In this document: piece by piece, positions 34,158-36,873 of the stretch
How the letters are laid out: each line of letters begins with the position of its first letter
Numbering within the stretch: position 1 is the stretch's first letter
DNA from: Gemmatimonadales bacterium
GTDB taxonomy: Bacteria; Gemmatimonadota; Gemmatimonadetes; Gemmatimonadales; GWC2-71-9
Direction of reading: 5' to 3'
NCBI GenBank assembly: GCA_036444955.1
Contig: JAZFQE010000152.1
Location: forward strand, 1-36,873
Length of the DNA: 36,873 nucleotides
Position numbers and translations under genes: made by a program
The notes under the pieces: model-generated
Told to the model about the DNA's origin: nothing
The model's database searches: none
Seen by the model: the letters and a program-made list of their open reading frames with translations, nothing else

Positions 34158-36873
34158 ATGCCTAACGCATTCAATTCCCGCGCAGAGCTTCGGCTGGGTG
34201 AATCGACCGTTGCGATCAACAGGCTCCAAGCACTCGCCGAGCAAAACTTAGTAGCACTCGAAAAACTCCCGTATTCGATCCGGATCTTGCTCGAGAACGT
34301 CCTAAGGCACGCTGGCAACGGTGTTGTCGATGACGAAGATGTCCTCTCCGTCGCCTCCTGGCATCCCGAACATGAATCCGCACGGGAGGTCCCGTTCATG
34401 CCAGCCCGCGTTGTGCTCCAGGACTTCACCGGCGTACCGGCGGTCGTTGATCTCGCCGCGCTGCGCGATGCCATGGTGCGATTGGGTGGTGACCCTGCCA
34501 AGATTAATCCACTAGTGCAGACCGACCTCGTCATCGACCATTCCGTCCAGGTTGACTTGTTTGGCAGCTCGCGTGCCTTCGAACGCAACGTCGAACGGGA
34601 GCTGGAGCGCAACAGCGAGCGCTACTCGCTGCTTCGGTGGGCGCAGAACGCCTTCTCCAACTTCCGAGTCGTGCCCCCAGGCACCGGCATCGTTCACCAG
34701 GTCAATCTCGAATATTTGGCCAGCGTGGTGCGGCTGGTTGAAGAAAACGGTGAGAGATCGGCGTTCCCCGACACACTTGTAGGTACGGACTCGCACACCA
34801 CAATGATTAACGGTTTGGGAGTGATGGGATGGGGTGTCGGCGGGATCGAGGCCGAGGCGGTCATGCTGGGCCAGCCTTACTTCATGAAGCTTCCCGAGGT
34901 CGTAGGCATGAGGTTCGTCGGCCAGCTCCCTGAAGTATCGACGGCTACCGACCTCGTCCTCCATGTCACGGAAACACTGCGGAAGAAAGGAGTAGTGGGG
35001 AAGTTTGTGGAGTTTTATGGACCCGGGCTGTCAAACCTAGGTCTCGCCGATCGGGCTACGATAGCCAACATGGCGCCGGAATACGGCGCGACGATGGGAT
35101 TTTTCCCCGTGGACGAAGAGACGGTGGTCTACCTCAGACGCACGGCCAGGCGACCCGAACTTGTCTCTCTCGTGGAGGCCTATTGCAAGGAACAGGGCCT
35201 GTTTCACACGCACGATTCGCCCGACCCCGCCTACTCGGACGTGGTTGAGTTGGATCTCGGATCGATTAGTCCGTCGCTGGCCGGGCCCAGGCGGCCGCAG
35301 GACCGCGTTGCGTTGAGCGAAGTGAAGGACTCGTTCAGACAAGTGCTTCCGAATCTTGCGCCGAGCGATGCCCGTCGTGTGGTAGCAGAGTCGGAGGGGG
35401 CAACTTGGTCCGACGAGGGAGGGAGCTCGCCGGCGCAGTCCGCTGAGGCAGGCGCCGCCGTCGCCACCGAAATCGAGTATGAAGGCGGACGGTTTCAACT
35501 CAGCGACGGGTCAGTCGTCATAGCAGCAATTACGAGCTGCACCAATACTTCCAATCCGTCCGTAATGGTAGGCGCTGGCCTCGTCGCAAAGAAAGCAGTT
35601 ACCAAAGGCCTAAAAAGAAAACCTTGGGTGAAAACGAGCCTGGCCCCTGGATCGAAGGTCGTCACCGAATATCTGAATGAAGCTGGCCTCACTCCCAGTC
35701 TTGAGAGTCTCGGGTTCCATCTCGTCGGTTACGGCTGTACGACTTGCATAGGCAACAGCGGCCCACTGAGCGAGCCCATATCCAGAGCGATAGTTGATCA
35801 CGGTCTGGTCACGGTGGCGGTGCTGTCGGGGAACAGAAACTTTGAGGCGCGTATCCACCCTCACGTAAGGGCCAGCTACCTCGCTTCCCCGATGCTCGTC
35901 GTCGCTTACGCTCTAGTGGGCAGGATAGACGTCGACTTCGAGAAGGATCCGTTGGGGATCGATGAGGCCGGCACCCCTGTCTACCTGAGGGACATTTGGC
36001 CGACGTCCGAAGAAATCAAGGAAACAGTGGCTGAGTCCCTCGAGCCCAAAATGTTCGAGGATCAGTACCGCTCCGTATTCGAGGGGACCGAGCAATGGAA
36101 AAACTTGCCTGTTCCTGGAGCGGACGGGGGGCGTTTCGAGTGGGATGCGGAATCCACCTACGTGGCCGAGCCTCCCTTCTTTACCGAAGTCACGATCGAA
36201 CCCAAGCCTGTTTCGGACATTGAAGGCGCGCGCGTACTGGTTTGGCTCGGCGATTCCGTGACCACGGACCACATTTCCCCGGCTGGAGCCATACCAAAAG
36301 ACGGGCCGGCAGGTCGGTGGCTCATCGATCGTGGGGTCAAGCCGGTTGATTTCAATACCTTTGGATCACGACGCGGCCACCACGACGTAATGATGCGTGG
36401 AACCTTCGGCAACATTCGCATCAAGAACAGAATCGTGGAGGGAAAAGAGGGTAATTGGACGGAGCATTTTCCGTCGGGGAAGACAATAAGCATTTACGAG
36501 GCCGCTGAGCGTTACGCGCGGGAACAGACGCCCCTCATAGTGTTGGCCGGCACCGAATACGGCACCGGGAGCTCTCGGGACTGGGCCGCAAAGGGCACCA
36601 CCCTGCTGGGAGCAAGAGCCGTCATTGCGAAGAGTTACGAGCGCATCCATCGCAGCAACCTGATCGGTATGGGAGTTCTTCCACTGCAGTTCTTGGAGGC
36701 GGAGGGACCGGACGCGCTCGGCCTCAGCGGACGCGAAGAATACACTATCTCCGGTATCTCAGAAGGCCTTGCGCCTGGCGGAACGTTAAAAGTCGTTGCT
36801 AAAGCAGAAGATGGTACGGCCGAATTCGAGGTGCTGATCCGACTCGACACATCTATCGAGGTCGAGTACTACC
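34158..36873 (+). CDS. acnA: Aconitate hydratase A (3' end truncated by the window edge; about 905 codons present)
   Basis: Absent from the ORF track because it has no stop in the window. Hand translation from ATG 34158 gives MPNAFNSRAELRLGESTVAINRLQALAEQNLVALEKLPYSIRILLENVLRH...ARVVLQDFTGVPAVVDLAALRDA...GTGIVHQVNLEYL...VGTDSHTTMINGLGV...ITSCTNTSNP...GYGCTTCIGNSG...GTEYGTGSSRDWAAKG...SYERIHRSNLIGMGVLPLQF, open to the last base. The Fe-S ligand cysteines and aconitase signatures are present. Confidence 0.95.
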   Translation, partial: MPNAFNSRAELRLGESTVAINRLQALAEQNLVALEKLPYSIRILLENVLRHAGNGVVDDEDVLSVASWHPEHESAREVPFMPARVVLQDFTGVPAVVDLAALRDAMVRLGGDPAKINPLVQTDLVIDHSVQVDLFGSSRAFERNVERELERNSERYSLLRWAQNAFSNFRVVPPGTGIVHQVNLEYLASVVRLVEENGERSAFPDTLVGTDSHTTMINGLGVMGWGVGGIEAEAVMLGQPYFMKLPEVVGMRFVGQLPEVSTATDLVLHVTETLRKKGVVGKFVEFYGPGLSNLGLADRATIANMAPEYGATMGFFPVDEETVVYLRRTARRPELVSLVEAYCKEQGLFHTHDSPDPAYSDVVELDLGSISPSLAGPRRPQDRVALSEVKDSFRQVLPNLAPSDARRVVAESEGATWSDEGGSSPAQSAEAGAAVATEIEYEGGRFQLSDGSVVIAAITSCTNTSNPSVMVGAGLVAKKAVTKGLKRKPWVKTSLAPGSKVVTEYLNEAGLTPSLESLGFHLVGYGCTTCIGNSGPLSEPISRAIVDHGLVTVAVLSGNRNFEARIHPHVRASYLASPMLVVAYALVGRIDVDFEKDPLGIDEAGTPVYLRDIWPTSEEIKETVAESLEPKMFEDQYRSVFEGTEQWKNLPVPGADGGRFEWDAESTYVAEPPFFTEVTIEPKPVSDIEGARVLVWLGDSVTTDHISPAGAIPKDGPAGRWLIDRGVKPVDFNTFGSRRGHHDVMMRGTFGNIRIKNRIVEGKEGNWTEHFPSGKTISIYEAAERYAREQTPLIVLAGTEYGTGSSRDWAAKGTTLLGARAVIAKSYERIHRSNLIGMGVLPLQFLEAEGPDALGLSGREEYTISGISEGLAPGGTLKVVAKAEDGTAEFEVLIRLDTSIEVEYY

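Noticed and set aside
34055-36850. Series of minus-strand ORFs (34055..34612, 34512..34964, 35037..35498, 35913..36272, 36158..36493 and others) that are the only track entries over this region
   Set aside because: The plus strand encodes an uninterrupted aconitase reading frame from 34158 to the window end, with all hallmark motifs. The track misses it only because it has no in-window stop.
1-36873. Search by eye for rRNA, tRNA, CRISPR arrays, transposases, integrases, phage genes, toxin-antitoxin pairs or known defence genes
   Set aside because: I recognised none. The intergenic gaps are short (the largest are about 300 nt) and show no repeat-spacer periodicity or cloverleaf-like sequence. 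A tRNAscan, Infernal or CRISPR-finder run would be needed to be certain.

Overview
This is a GC-rich, tightly packed bacterial chromosomal window. I could not compute composition or run any search. I support 30 protein-coding genes and found no rRNA, tRNA, CRISPR array, transposase, integrase or obvious repeat family. Gene order, with < and > marking strand: actF<actE<actD<actC<actB<actA (a complete alternative complex III operon, truncated at the left edge) < trmJ-like < GHMP kinase < family-5 ABC substrate-binding protein | dppB-like> dppC-like> | <FHA-FHA-TM-coiled-coil-trypsin-like protease | SAM methyltransferase> alpha/beta hydrolase> | <small hypothetical | alpha/beta hydrolase> secreted amidohydrolase> | <MFS <2-domain ABC permease <ABC ATPase <FbpA/AfuA-type binding protein <838-aa secreted PIG-L/LmbE fusion <PRTase-like protein | acyl-CoA dehydrogenase> trxC-like> | <SURF1 <pgi <tkt | acnA> (truncated at the right edge). 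The ORF track omits the two edge-truncated genes, actF (1..357, minus) and acnA (34158..36873, plus). I translated both by hand. Several maximal ORFs in the track are over-extended at the 5' end, and I trimmed them using signal-peptide logic, Shine-Dalgarno spacing and start/stop overlaps (ATGA, GTGA, TTGA). Most of the window is core energy and carbon metabolism. I do not see a clear-cut new multi-gene system such as a defence island. Three things deserve a second look: (1) a membrane protein that joins two cytoplasmic FHA domains to an extracytoplasmic serine protease; (2) a six-gene, near gap-free minus-strand operon (18938..26993) combining a PRTase-like protein with a degenerate PRPP loop, a large secreted PIG-L deacetylase fusion, an Fbp/Afu-type importer and an MFS transporter; (3) an unusual Dpp/Opp-type transporter layout, in which the binding-protein gene is translationally coupled to a GHMP kinase, sits head-to-head against the permease genes with no intergenic space, and has no ATPase genes nearby. 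All functional calls rest on motif and family recognition by eye and need database confirmation.
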